From the IMG/VR virus record IMGVR_UViG_3300037423_001127, positions 1 to 40,932 of that record: DNA of 40,932 nt, one strand, 5' to 3'. The notes under the pieces are model-generated. The model worked only from the letters and a program-made list of their open reading frames with translations, had not been told where the DNA came from and did no database searches. Each line of letters starts with the position of its first letter. The first letter of the stretch is position 1. The position numbers and the translations under genes are program-made. Of this stretch, positions 17,238 to 26,574 are shown one piece after another. The DNA is from a virus (lineage: Duplodnaviria; Caudoviricetes).

Positions 17238-19285
17238 TGCCTTTATCACAAGAAGAAAGAGAGGCCGCAAAATTATCTAAAACTCGTTTCCTTTCAGATG
17301 AGGAAAAAAATCAGGCATTAGCTAGTAAACCAAAAAAAATAAAAAATTATATTGAACCTTCCGACGAAGAAAATGTATCTCGTTACGGAATTGAAAGTGA
17401 ACTTGGAGAATTAGGCGCGAATATAGGTAAATTAGGAGCGCGTGGAATTGACGCTGTTTTCGGCTCTAACTTAAAATCTAAAGTACCTGATAATCTAGTA
17501 AGTTTCACGCCAGAAGAACAAGCGATAATTGATCAGCATCCTAATTATTTTAAAGGCGGTAAAGTCGCTGGTGCAGTTGCTCCCATGCTTATGCCTTTGG
17601 GAATAGCATCAAAAGGCGCTAGCTACGTTGAAAAAGGTATTGAGTCATATCCAAAATTGGCAGCCATGTTAGGTAAAAAAGGAACTAAAACTGCTGCTAA
17701 AATCGCAGGAAGAAGCGCAGAGGGTGCAGCAATTGTACCAGTTTACAATCCAGATGATCCTTTGAAGGCGGCGGGTGAAGGCGCGATAATAGGTGCTGCC
17801 AGTGTACCTGCTGAGGCAGCTTTGGGATATGGATTAGGAATGGGCGCAAAATATGCAGGAAAAGGGCTTAAGAAAATTTTTGGCGCTCATGCTTCACCTG
17901 AAGAAGTAGAAAGAAATATGAAGGCTGCTGACATAGTTGGTACCTCTAGTTCTTTCGGGGAAGTTTCTGGCTCTCCTACTCTGAAAATGTTCGAGTCATT
18001 ATCTGCTCATATCCCATTTAGTGGTAATGCTGGAGCGTATGTTAAGCGTGGACGTGACATACAAAAATCAGTCGCGGATGTTGTGGAAGATATGCGTCCT
18101 AAAGATGTCATTGATGCTAATGGAATATCAAACAAAATGGATGTTGATGAAGCATTGCAAAACGCCCTCATTAAGGCTACAAGACAAGCAGAAAGTACTA
18201 AGTCAAGATTGTATAAGCTTGTTTCTGGACATGCTGATAAAACCAAAGAAAAAGTATCAATGACTAACTACGAGCAGGCTGCAAAAGAAAATATAAAACA
18301 AATTGAAAAATTTTCTAAAGAAAATAAAGAATTCTCGGATATTTATGACCCTACTTTAGCAAGCAAACTTAAATCAATTACTAAAAATGAATCAAATCAG
18401 AGCAATATTCTTGACAAAAATGGTAAGCAATTTGAAACAAAAGTCGAAAAGGAAAGATCATTTGGAGCCGCTTTTGATTTAGATAAGCGAATCAATGCAG
18501 CTATTGAAAACGCTGATGCTAAAGGCGATAGATCATCTGAATCTGTATTGTTATCTTTAAAAGCAGCATTAAACAAAGATATTGATCAGTCGGCATTAGC
18601 AAGTGATAACAAAGAATTAGTTAAAAACTGGATAAAAGCCAAAGAACATTTTAAAAACAATGTCATTCCTTTGCGGGATAAAAATATTATTAAATTCACT
18701 AAGAAAGACGAACGTAATGAAAGAATAATACCAACTTTCTTAAAAGGTGGCCAATTTGAGCAACCTCAACTTTTAGAGAAACTTACTAGATATTTAAGCC
18801 CCAAAGAAAAAACTTACGTCGCTCATGAGTACCTTACGAAAGGATTGCGTGAAGTTTACGGACAAACTGAAATCAAAGAAGGCAATATATTAAATGCCTA
18901 TAAAAAAATGGGCGATGATACCAAGAAAATATTATTTACTCCTGAGCAGCGCATGAAACTTGATAGCGCATTGATCGCTAAAGAAAATACAGGCCTTGAC
19001 CTTAACCAAATGGTACAACCAAAAACAGGCGAGAAGATGGCGAAAGCCGCTCTTGCTCTTGGCAGTCTGGGTATTGCCACGGGGAATGTTGACCAAGAAA
19101 GAGGAAAAGAAGCTGCTGAACTGATAGGAACCGCAAAACTTCTTGGGCTATTATCAAGAAACAAAAAATTTCAGCATGGATATCTTAATAGACTCAAAGA
19201 ATCTGAAAAGCCAGTTAAAGCGGTTAATTTGGATGGTGTTTCTCGATATGCTTATCCGTTTCTTTCGACTGATAATCAGAAATAG
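17237..19285 (+). CDS. Large DNA ejection protein, gp16-like
   Basis: Position; Gly/Ala-rich hydrophobic segments; helical. Confidence 0.7.
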   Translation: MPLSQEEREAAKLSKTRFLSDEEKNQALASKPKKIKNYIEPSDEENVSRYGIESELGELGANIGKLGARGIDAVFGSNLKSKVPDNLVSFTPEEQAIIDQHPNYFKGGKVAGAVAPMLMPLGIASKGASYVEKGIESYPKLAAMLGKKGTKTAAKIAGRSAEGAAIVPVYNPDDPLKAAGEGAIIGAASVPAEAALGYGLGMGAKYAGKGLKKIFGAHASPEEVERNMKAADIVGTSSSFGEVSGSPTLKMFESLSAHIPFSGNAGAYVKRGRDIQKSVADVVEDMRPKDVIDANGISNKMDVDEALQNALIKATRQAESTKSRLYKLVSGHADKTKEKVSMTNYEQAAKENIKQIEKFSKENKEFSDIYDPTLASKLKSITKNESNQSNILDKNGKQFETKVEKERSFGAAFDLDKRINAAIENADAKGDRSSESVLLSLKAALNKDIDQSALASDNKELVKNWIKAKEHFKNNVIPLRDKNIIKFTKKDERNERIIPTFLKGGQFEQPQLLEKLTRYLSPKEKTYVAHEYLTKGLREVYGQTEIKEGNILNAYKKMGDDTKKILFTPEQRMKLDSALIAKENTGLDLNQMVQPKTGEKMAKAALALGSLGIATGNVDQERGKEAAELIGTAKLLGLLSRNKKFQHGYLNRLKESEKPVKAVNLDGVSRYAYPFLSTDNQK

Positions 19286-19394
19286 CGTCTAAAAAATTAC
19301 CAATGTAAATAAGGGAGGCTCCTATAAGAAAATATACAAGAGCGCCTATCCAAAACCATTTGAGAGCAAATAGTAAAAAAGCTAACAAATCCAT
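19224..19394 (-). CDS. Small membrane protein moron (56 aa, MDLLAFLLFALKWFWIGALVYFLIGASLIYIGNFLDAIS...)
   Basis: Not in the ORF track; GAGGT SD; own promoter TTGACC-N18-TAAAAT at 19431-19460 on the minus strand. Confidence 0.7.
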   Translation of the reverse strand: MDLLAFLLFALKWFWIGALVYFLIGASLIYIGNFLDAISDYQSKETDKHIEKHHPN

Positions 19395-19410
19395 AATAAT
19401 TACCTCGTTT

Positions 19411-19427
19411 GTAAATTTTTATTTTAC
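19411..19427. promoter_or_regulatory. Palindromic operator copy 2
   Basis: GTAAAT-TTTTA-TTTTAC. Confidence 0.5.
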
Positions 19428-19507
19428 ATAATTTTACCCCTTTAACCTTGCTATGGTCAATATCTCACAAACTAATAAAAGCAATATTTCTTATAAAGAC
19501 CAAAAAT

Positions 19508-19536
19508 TAGACAAACAATAGTAAAAATATTATACT
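19508..19536 (+). promoter_or_regulatory. Sigma70-like promoter for the tail genes
   Basis: TAGACA-N17-TATACT. Confidence 0.55.
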
Positions 19537-19599
19537 ATCAGTAAATAAAAAGAACGTATCGCCATTGTAGATAACAATTTAACCTATTGGTGTTTACTG

Positions 19600-21621
19600 A
19601 TGGCTACGCCTGATATTTACAAATATATTCCCCTTACTGCTATTCAGCAGCCATTTTTCAATAAAGACACCACAGAATTACTTTCAAACGGCTATATCTA
19701 CTTTTATAAGGATGAAGCCAGGACAACCTATAAAGACGTATTCAAATTTTCGGGAACGCCTTCTAATCCGAGCTATACCGCACTGCCAAACCCGCTACAA
19801 TTGGGAGCAGGTGGGACGCCCGTTGATCCCGACAACGGAAACGATCTTTTAATTTATGGGTTTCCGTGGGACTCCGAGGGAAACCCTGAGCTTTATTTCA
19901 TCCAAGTCTATGACATTTTAAAAACGGATGTAGCATCTGTTTTGCAGTTTACTCGTGAAAGTTACCCGCAACAGATTCAGCCGGAAGATTCACCCGCAGA
20001 AATTACATTTATTAATAACCTGATTCCAAATGGCCAGTTTGTAACGTATGAACAGCCGGAAGATGGTATTTTAACTGACGAAATAACGCCACTCGCAATG
20101 GGCGGCTGGACGTTTATTTTAGCTAATAGTTTCTCATCGACCAATACAGTTGAATTTACTCATAACTATGAGCCATCAGATACACCAGAAACAAACCCGA
20201 TTAATATTTTTAAATTTACTTGCAGCAATCCTAATCCTGCTGAAGACAAGAAAGATTTAACGCTTATATTTCCAAATGTTAATTTCTTGGAGGGTCGATC
20301 CTGCACATTGCAATTTGAGGCACTCGCAAATGGGATTCCTTTTAATCTTCAATTAGTCGAAGGGCGTTTTTACGGAACTGATGGAAGTGACTATGAAGAA
20401 AGCGTTATTGAAACATTTACGATAACTCCAACCTCTTATAATAAGTATTTAGTCAATTTTGAATTTAATAGTAATGATGGGAAAGTTGTTACAAGTGATA
20501 GTGAAGTCAGACTTATTTGGCGTTTTCCAACCGATGTTGCCACCAGTGGTTATTTAATTAATTTTATTCTTGTTGAAGGCACTTTCGGAGCGATGATTTA
20601 TCCGGACGTGTCACAGTATCAGGCCGTCCAACAAGCAATCGCAGGTTCAATCAAAATACCTTCTGAGGGTTTCGATGGCGCAGCACTCGATACTGGAAAG
20701 TTTCTCCAATATGGTTTAGATACTTCTACTTATACCCCTAGACTTTCATTAATACCTGGAAATCCAGTCAAGCCTGGTACTGTCTATGAATTCGCAGGAA
20801 GCACGGTTCCTGATGGTGACTTAGAATGTAATGGCGCTTCCTATGACTTAACTAGCGCTTATCCTACTGCTCCTGATTATTCAGCCTTATATGCAGCAAT
20901 CGGAACGAATTGGGGATACGGCATTGATGGGTTTATTCCAACAAAAACAGCCACCGCAACGCTGACACATGAATGCTACAATTTTGGGACAGCAAGTGCC
21001 CCAAATGCTCATACCTCTGGGTTTACGATAACAACACCTCAGAATGGCGATTCTACTCATGCCCAAATCGTGCAAGTTGTCACAGTCGCAGCTTCCGCAA
21101 TCACTGCTGGTTCTTATTACGAAATAAAAGCCACGTCAGGTCGTTCTACGCTTTACTGGTTTAGAAAAAATGGACTTGGAACCGCTCCGATATCTTCCGG
21201 TGCTTTAATCAAAGCAATAGACATTCTTTCAAGCGATACCGCCGATCAAGTCGCTACAAAAATTGTAGCTGGGGCTATTTGCCAATTCCAGGTGCCTGAA
21301 AAACGCGGGTATTTCGGTCGTGGCTGGGATCACGGTGCAGGTAACGATCCTAATGCAGCTACACGTTTAAATAGTTCAGGTACAAGAACAATCGGTGATC
21401 TAGTTGGGTCTTATCAGGCAGATGCTTATCAAGACCATAAACATGCGGGTGATAGTGGAAATAATTTCGCAATGTTCCCTGGCCCAGGTTTTGATATTAG
21501 CGGCTCATCAGGTTGCAGAACCACTGCAAATACTGGGCTAACCGCTACAACATTAGGCTACCGAACATCAACCGAAACAAGACCTAAGAACGCCTACTTC
21601 ATGTATGTAATTAAAACCTAG
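19600..21621 (+). CDS. Tail fibre with a head-binding-like N-terminus and a tail-collar domain
   Basis: LSNGYIYFY N-terminus; PGTVYEFAG...CNGASY...LYAAIGT...RGYFGRGWD...ETRPKNAYFMYVIK. Confidence 0.85.
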   Translation: MATPDIYKYIPLTAIQQPFFNKDTTELLSNGYIYFYKDEARTTYKDVFKFSGTPSNPSYTALPNPLQLGAGGTPVDPDNGNDLLIYGFPWDSEGNPELYFIQVYDILKTDVASVLQFTRESYPQQIQPEDSPAEITFINNLIPNGQFVTYEQPEDGILTDEITPLAMGGWTFILANSFSSTNTVEFTHNYEPSDTPETNPINIFKFTCSNPNPAEDKKDLTLIFPNVNFLEGRSCTLQFEALANGIPFNLQLVEGRFYGTDGSDYEESVIETFTITPTSYNKYLVNFEFNSNDGKVVTSDSEVRLIWRFPTDVATSGYLINFILVEGTFGAMIYPDVSQYQAVQQAIAGSIKIPSEGFDGAALDTGKFLQYGLDTSTYTPRLSLIPGNPVKPGTVYEFAGSTVPDGDLECNGASYDLTSAYPTAPDYSALYAAIGTNWGYGIDGFIPTKTATATLTHECYNFGTASAPNAHTSGFTITTPQNGDSTHAQIVQVVTVAASAITAGSYYEIKATSGRSTLYWFRKNGLGTAPISSGALIKAIDILSSDTADQVATKIVAGAICQFQVPEKRGYFGRGWDHGAGNDPNAATRLNSSGTRTIGDLVGSYQADAYQDHKHAGDSGNNFAMFPGPGFDISGSSGCRTTANTGLTATTLGYRTSTETRPKNAYFMYVIKT

Positions 21622-21634
21622 AGGATTATTTTAA

Positions 21635-21997
21635 ATGGCAACTAAATCAATGGTCGTAACAGTGAATCACTCGTCAAATGGTGTTGCAATGTACGGCACT
21701 CCTTTTGCGCTTGATCAAAATTGTACGTCTTTTAAATTAACGGCTAATACTGCTCAGGAAGTAGTTGTTCCAAACGGCGTTAATACCGCGTTAATTACAT
21801 ACTCAACTGGTCCAAGTGTTTTTGTATCTCCTATCGAAATTTCTTTGCCAGGTGGTACGCCTGTTACTGGCGCTTGCTATATCAATAAATCGTGTATGCC
21901 CGTAAAGGCAGGTGATTCACTTTGGTTTATTTCTGCCTCAAATGATTATGTCAGCGTCTCATTTTTCGATAACGCAAGCGGATATTCCAATGGATAG
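21635..21997 (+). CDS. Tail-associated hypothetical protein
   Basis: Beta-rich; GAGGA SD. Confidence 0.7.
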   Translation: MATKSMVVTVNHSSNGVAMYGTPFALDQNCTSFKLTANTAQEVVVPNGVNTALITYSTGPSVFVSPIEISLPGGTPVTGACYINKSCMPVKAGDSLWFISASNDYVSVSFFDNASGYSNG

Positions 21998-22166
21998 TTA
22001 TTGGCTTAATGTCACCAATCAACAACTAGGAAACGGATTATTTTCCGTTGTCAACGATATGGGTGGCGAGTTCCCGCCACCACCAATTGACTCTGGATAT
22101 CGAATAACAACCACAGGCGTTACTCGTGCATTAACTGATGGTAACTATCGAGTTACGGCTACTTAA
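21990..22166 (+). CDS. Small hypothetical protein
   Basis: MDSYWL... start overlaps the previous stop. Confidence 0.6.
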   Translation: MDSYWLNVTNQQLGNGLFSVVNDMGGEFPPPPIDSGYRITTTGVTRALTDGNYRVTAT

Positions 22167-22178
22167 AGGAAATTTGAA

Positions 22179-23843
22179 ATGGCAAAAAAGAAAGTTGAAT
22201 TAAAAGAATCTATACTTCTTCCAGATGTCGGAGCAGGTACAACGTATACCATCGCGCAAATTCCTACTACTACAGTCACAATTACGGACAGTTACTTATT
22301 TGAAAACCAAGCAGGTGCAAGCGGAGGCTCCGAAAAAAACACGGCATTAGTTCTCGCTAATTATATTAGGACAAAATTATCCGGTGGCAATGGACTATCT
22401 TATGATAGTTCTACTGGGGTATTTGACGTTGACTATAATTCAACAAACTTAAAAATCACGGCGACACAGCTAAATACCATCCAAGATATTGCGACTTCTT
22501 CAAGTCCTCAATTCACGGGATTAAAGCTAACTGGTGTTACTGCCTCAAGGCTAGTCGCGACAGATGCCAGCAATAATTTGTCCGTTGCCTCAGGAACGTA
22601 TGGTATTTCAGTGAGTGGAAACTCTGCAACCGCAACGGCTTTGCAAAATGCAAGAAACATAAACGGTACTTCATTCGACGGAACATCAAGCATTACAGTG
22701 CCAACCAACACGCAAATAACTTCCTTGGCTGGCGCTAAGTTCCTAGGATTTTATAGTAGCAATGCAAATGGGAATCAAACGACTGGCGTGAACGCCGGAT
22801 TGACGTTTGACCCATCCACTTCGAATCTTGTTGTAACTGGCTCAACACAAGCTTACTTAGACGTTATCGGTTCTGGCGCAGGTATTGAAGCAGCAGTAAC
22901 GATTAGACGAGGCGACGTTAATTCATACGGACAAACTCATTTTTACACTGGCTCTACAAATAACTGGGCAATTGGTTTGCGTACAGGCGATTCTAAATTT
23001 CATATATTTGATGTTGTTAATACGATTGAAGTGCTCAATATTACCCCTGGCGTAACACCTATTATCAAAATCCCAAGCTTTAATTCGGCTGGTATAGTTC
23101 ATAATGATTCGTTGGGCGCTTTATCAACATCATTAATATTAAATGCTGATGTTGCGGCTGGTGCTGGCATTGTCGACACAAAGCTTGCAACGATATCTAC
23201 AGCTGGAAAAGTTTCAAACTCTGCGACAACAGCGGCAAGCACTAATACACTAAGTGCGATAGTGGCTCGTGACTCTAGTGGAAATTTCAGCGCAGGAACA
23301 ATCACTGCCACGTTATCAGGTACCTCGACTAACGCGACTAACATAGGCACTACAGCAAGCACAACAAATGCAAGTTTCTTTTTGCCATTCGTAGCCTCAT
23401 CTTCGAGCGGAAATCAGGCGGCACAGATCGCGAGTTCACTTTTTTACAATCCGTCCACAAAGCAAATGACGATCCAAGGCGATTTTCAAACCTACCTTCA
23501 TGTGATTGGTACTGGAAGTAGCGAAGCAGGATTAACCATTCGTCGTGGCGATAATACAAGTTATGCGCAACAGCATTTTTATACCGGATCAACTAATTGC
23601 TTCACTTTTGGTTTACGAGCAGGTGACAGCAATTTTTATATTTTTGATGTCGTCAATAGCACAAATGTTTTAAACGTAACACCAGGATCGACGCCGATCA
23701 GCGCATTTAATGGATGGCTAAAATTAAATAATTCAACTGCGCCTGGATCAAACCCAAGCTTAGGCGGTTATTTATATGTTGAAGCAGGTGTTCTTAAATA
23801 CCGTGGAAGCAGTGGCACGGTTACTACCATTGCAAACGCTTAA
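22179..23843 (+). CDS. Tail fibre protein with an internal duplication of about 100 aa
   Basis: ATATALQNARNINGTSFDG and IVARDSSGNFSAGTITA fibre motifs. Confidence 0.85.
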   Translation: MAKKKVELKESILLPDVGAGTTYTIAQIPTTTVTITDSYLFENQAGASGGSEKNTALVLANYIRTKLSGGNGLSYDSSTGVFDVDYNSTNLKITATQLNTIQDIATSSSPQFTGLKLTGVTASRLVATDASNNLSVASGTYGISVSGNSATATALQNARNINGTSFDGTSSITVPTNTQITSLAGAKFLGFYSSNANGNQTTGVNAGLTFDPSTSNLVVTGSTQAYLDVIGSGAGIEAAVTIRRGDVNSYGQTHFYTGSTNNWAIGLRTGDSKFHIFDVVNTIEVLNITPGVTPIIKIPSFNSAGIVHNDSLGALSTSLILNADVAAGAGIVDTKLATISTAGKVSNSATTAASTNTLSAIVARDSSGNFSAGTITATLSGTSTNATNIGTTASTTNASFFLPFVASSSSGNQAAQIASSLFYNPSTKQMTIQGDFQTYLHVIGTGSSEAGLTIRRGDNTSYAQQHFYTGSTNCFTFGLRAGDSNFYIFDVVNSTNVLNVTPGSTPISAFNGWLKLNNSTAPGSNPSLGGYLYVEAGVLKYRGSSGTVTTIANA

Positions 23844-23869
23844 TTTTTTTAACTTAGGAGAAATTTAAA

Positions 23870-24253
23870 ATGGCAATTAACAATATGGTAGTAGAAGGCA
23901 TCAGTCAAAATGGCTGGATAGCAATCGAAGGCGCCAATACAGCTCTGTGTACTACTGTGTCTATTCGCACAAATTGTTTCGGTCGCTGTGACGCTAAAAT
24001 CAGCGTTACCGAAGAATCAACCGGTAAATGTTCAGTATTTCAAATAACGGGTATTTTTAAAAATGCTACAAGCGGTGCGTCGTTAATTGATTCTCGCGTT
24101 TCTTTACTCCCCTTAGGTGATTCATCACTTGCTTTGGCATCCGCTGCTTTCGTAGCAAACGGTAATTCTTTAAGCGCGTATGTGACAGGCATTGAAGGCT
24201 TGAATCTTGCTTTTGAAGTTCAATTGTCCGCTGATCAAGTCGTAAAAAGTTAA
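23870..24253 (+). CDS. Tail-associated hypothetical protein
   Basis: AGGAG SD; beta-rich. Confidence 0.7.
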   Translation: MAINNMVVEGISQNGWIAIEGANTALCTTVSIRTNCFGRCDAKISVTEESTGKCSVFQITGIFKNATSGASLIDSRVSLLPLGDSSLALASAAFVANGNSLSAYVTGIEGLNLAFEVQLSADQVVKS

Positions 24254-24270
24254 TTTTGGAGAAAATATAA

Positions 24271-25050
24271 ATGTCAATTATATCATACAATTTCGGAACC
24301 GCTGGAACCGAAGGCATAGAGCCAAGAAAAGTTTGTATCAAATGTGATGACACATTGTCACAAATTACAACTCAAAATCATTTTTATATCTTGACGCAAA
24401 ATGGTAACTATTTTACACCTACAGATGAAGTACATATAAATTATGGTACGAACAGCGCTTCTTTTGGTATTTTCACGCCTACTATTTCTGGATCAAACGT
24501 AACCATGACACAAAACGTCGAGGGCGTTACGACTCCTGTTGTCTCAGGCAATATTCCTAAATTCAGTGGCACAGGCGGCTTGATGGTAGATTCCGGTATC
24601 AGCCCTTCCAATGCTGCTAAAACTAAAATGATCATGGCAAATGGCGCAACTGTTGTTGGAAACTTCGGAAAATTTGCGGATACGTCAGGCACGTTGGCTG
24701 ATGCTGCGATGTCGCCTTCAAACGCTGCTAAAACCAAGGTTTGTATGGCTGATGCAGCGACTGTCATCAACAACTTGCTAATGGCAACTGATACTGTTGG
24801 CACAGTCGGTGACTCTGGTATTAACTTGAAATTCGGGATCACCGCAAGTTGGGGCGGGGGAAGCGCAGTTCATACTTATATGGCTACAGGATTGACGGCT
24901 AGTTATTCAGGACTTGGAATGCTGATCGCATCAGGAAACGTAGTCGGCGTGGCGTATGCTGTGCCAGGCACAGATAACATCACCGTCACATTTACGGGCG
25001 ATCCTGGCGCTGGCGCTGTTGTTTTCTGGATAGCTATCAAAACATCCTAG
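24271..25050 (+). CDS. Fibre-like structural protein with short repeats
   Basis: SPSNAAKTK twice; GNxxKFxxTxG repeats. Confidence 0.7.
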   Translation: MSIISYNFGTAGTEGIEPRKVCIKCDDTLSQITTQNHFYILTQNGNYFTPTDEVHINYGTNSASFGIFTPTISGSNVTMTQNVEGVTTPVVSGNIPKFSGTGGLMVDSGISPSNAAKTKMIMANGATVVGNFGKFADTSGTLADAAMSPSNAAKTKVCMADAATVINNLLMATDTVGTVGDSGINLKFGITASWGGGSAVHTYMATGLTASYSGLGMLIASGNVVGVAYAVPGTDNITVTFTGDPGAGAVVFWIAIKTS

Positions 25051-25091
25051 ACTTGAACAAAAAATACCCATATAATAAATATGGGTATTTT
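25048..25091 (+). promoter_or_regulatory. Promoter overlapped by a perfect 13-bp inverted repeat
   Basis: TAGACT-N17-TATAAT; AAAATACCCATAT-AATAA-ATATGGGTATTTT at 25061-25091. Confidence 0.55.
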
Positions 25092-25109
25092 ATAAACATT
25101 TGAGGTTAT

Positions 25110-25334
25110 ATGGATCAAGAAATTTTAAAGCAGCTTATCGCATTATTTGGTGAACTTGCGGCGCAAGGGAATGTTTGGGTAGCAAAATGTAATCAGGCTC
25201 ATGGGGCTTTATTGCAGTTGCAATCAGCTCCTCAGGCACCTGCTGTTGTTGAAAAACCAGCTAAAAAGACTGCAAACGCTAAAAAAGCAAAGCCTGCTAA
25301 GGTATTGCCTCTTAAAAAAGAAGCGAAGCAGTAA
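25110..25334 (+). CDS. Small protein with a Lys/Ala/Pro-rich tail
   Basis: GAGG SD; KPAKKTANAKKAKPAK. Confidence 0.7.
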   Translation: MDQEILKQLIALFGELAAQGNVWVAKCNQAHGALLQLQSAPQAPAVVEKPAKKTANAKKAKPAKVLPLKKEAKQ

Positions 25335-25936
25335 TGAAATGGTCAGATGTTGGACAGTTAGTTAGTGAAGGCGCGCCATTACTTGGCGCGTTACTAACTG
25401 CTCCAATATCTGCGCCTGTCGCTATAATTTCGCTCATTGCTGGCGCTTTCAAGCTAAGCGCTAATTCATCACCGGATGAAGTTTACAAAGCCATAAAGGA
25501 AGACCCCGAGGCTTTGTATAAGCTATCTCAAATTCAGCTTAACAATCATGATGAGATTGAACGATTGCATGCACGTCTTGCGTTGCATGAATCCGATAAC
25601 CTCCGCCATACTATGTTCAAAGAATATACAATAGAAAACAAATTTAAAAGTTACTGGAGGCCATCTTTTGGCTATATGATCGTTTTCACGATACCAACTC
25701 TCGTAATATGGTTACTTTTCATGGGTACTTGGGTGTTTTTCGTTAACCCAAATCAGTTAACACTTTTAGAATCGGTTTTAACGCTTATTTTGCCTCCTAT
25801 ATGCAATTTATTAGGATGGGGAATAGGCGTATTAGGGGTAAATATATTTCATCGTAGCAAGGATAAAGCTAGTTTATTAGGAACGGAAAATAAAGGCATC
25901 ATATCAACAATAACGGACACCTTCAAAAGGAAGTAA
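25334..25936 (+). CDS. Holin, 3TM (GTA-type) family
   Basis: APLLG...DPE...WRPSFGY followed by two hydrophobic helices. Confidence 0.75.
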   Translation: MKWSDVGQLVSEGAPLLGALLTAPISAPVAIISLIAGAFKLSANSSPDEVYKAIKEDPEALYKLSQIQLNNHDEIERLHARLALHESDNLRHTMFKEYTIENKFKSYWRPSFGYMIVFTIPTLVIWLLFMGTWVFFVNPNQLTLLESVLTLILPPICNLLGWGIGVLGVNIFHRSKDKASLLGTENKGIISTITDTFKRK

Positions 25937-25939
25937 AAA

Positions 25940-26245
25940 GTGCAGGGCGATGTTTTGGTAGAAATTAGAACAGACATAGGGATCATCAAGCATGATCAAT
26001 CTCGACTTTCAGAGTCTATCGAATCTCTTGCGCATTCAGTTCAGGGGTTATCAGAAAGCTTTAAGAATGATCATAATGACTTACGAAAGGACTATATGGC
26101 TCTCGAAAGAAGGCTTGCAAAGATAGAAGTACAAAATGAAAACAAAAAAAGCTTTGTTAATACGTGGCTTTCTCCTATTATTAACCCCGCTATCACCGCC
26201 ATTTTACTTGGCGGCCTTTATACTATAGCCAATCACTTACATTAA
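25940..26245 (+). CDS. Coiled-coil protein with a C-terminal TM helix (lysis region)
   Basis: Heptad pattern then IINPAITAILLGGLY. Confidence 0.65.
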   Translation: MQGDVLVEIRTDIGIIKHDQSRLSESIESLAHSVQGLSESFKNDHNDLRKDYMALERRLAKIEVQNENKKSFVNTWLSPIINPAITAILLGGLYTIANHLH

Positions 26246-26250
26246 TTTTA

Positions 26251-26267
26251 GTAAAATACCGTTTTAC
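26251..26267. promoter_or_regulatory. Palindromic operator copy 3, overlapping the -35 of the csrA promoter
   Basis: GTAAAA-TACCG-TTTTAC; TTTACA-N16-TAATCT with TG extension. Confidence 0.65.
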
Positions 26268-26328
26268 AATGTTATCAATAGTGTTAATCTGTATACGTAT
26301 TTAAACACATTGTAAAAAGGAAAATTTT

Positions 26329-26571
26329 ATGGGAATAGTTCAATTTATTCAAAACAAAAGAAAAAAACGTCGTAGCCTTTTAGTTCTTACTCGAAAACCT
26401 CAACAACAAATTATGATTGGGCATGGTGATAATGTTGTTATTATCACTGTGCAGCGTGTTCATGGGTCACAAGTTGTTCTTGGAATCGAAGCTGACGAAG
26501 ACTTGCCCGTGAATCGATCTGAAATTTATGAAAAAATCATGATTGAAAACGGGCTATACACACCAGAATAG
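26329..26571 (+). CDS. csrA: Carbon storage regulator CsrA/RsmA homologue
   Basis: LVLTRK...IMIG...ITV...QVVLGIEA...VNRSEIYEKI. Confidence 0.92.
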   Translation: MGIVQFIQNKRKKRRSLLVLTRKPQQQIMIGHGDNVVIITVQRVHGSQVVLGIEADEDLPVNRSEIYEKIMIENGLYTPE

Positions 26572-26574
26572 ACT

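Noticed and set aside
22730-23700. Diversity-generating retroelement (TR/VR pair) in the tail-fibre duplication
   Set aside because: Both copies are in frame within one gene, differences are not adenine-specific, and no reverse transcriptase is encoded
7407-24842. Many antisense or alternate-frame ORFs inside structural genes (e.g. 7407-7691, 13997-14281, 24441-24842)
   Set aside because: Shadow ORFs of well-supported genes, with no motifs or start signals
26356-26376. KRKKRR in CsrA as a nuclear localisation signal
   Set aside because: Basic runs arise easily in A-rich DNA and in RNA-binding proteins; there is no independent evidence of export
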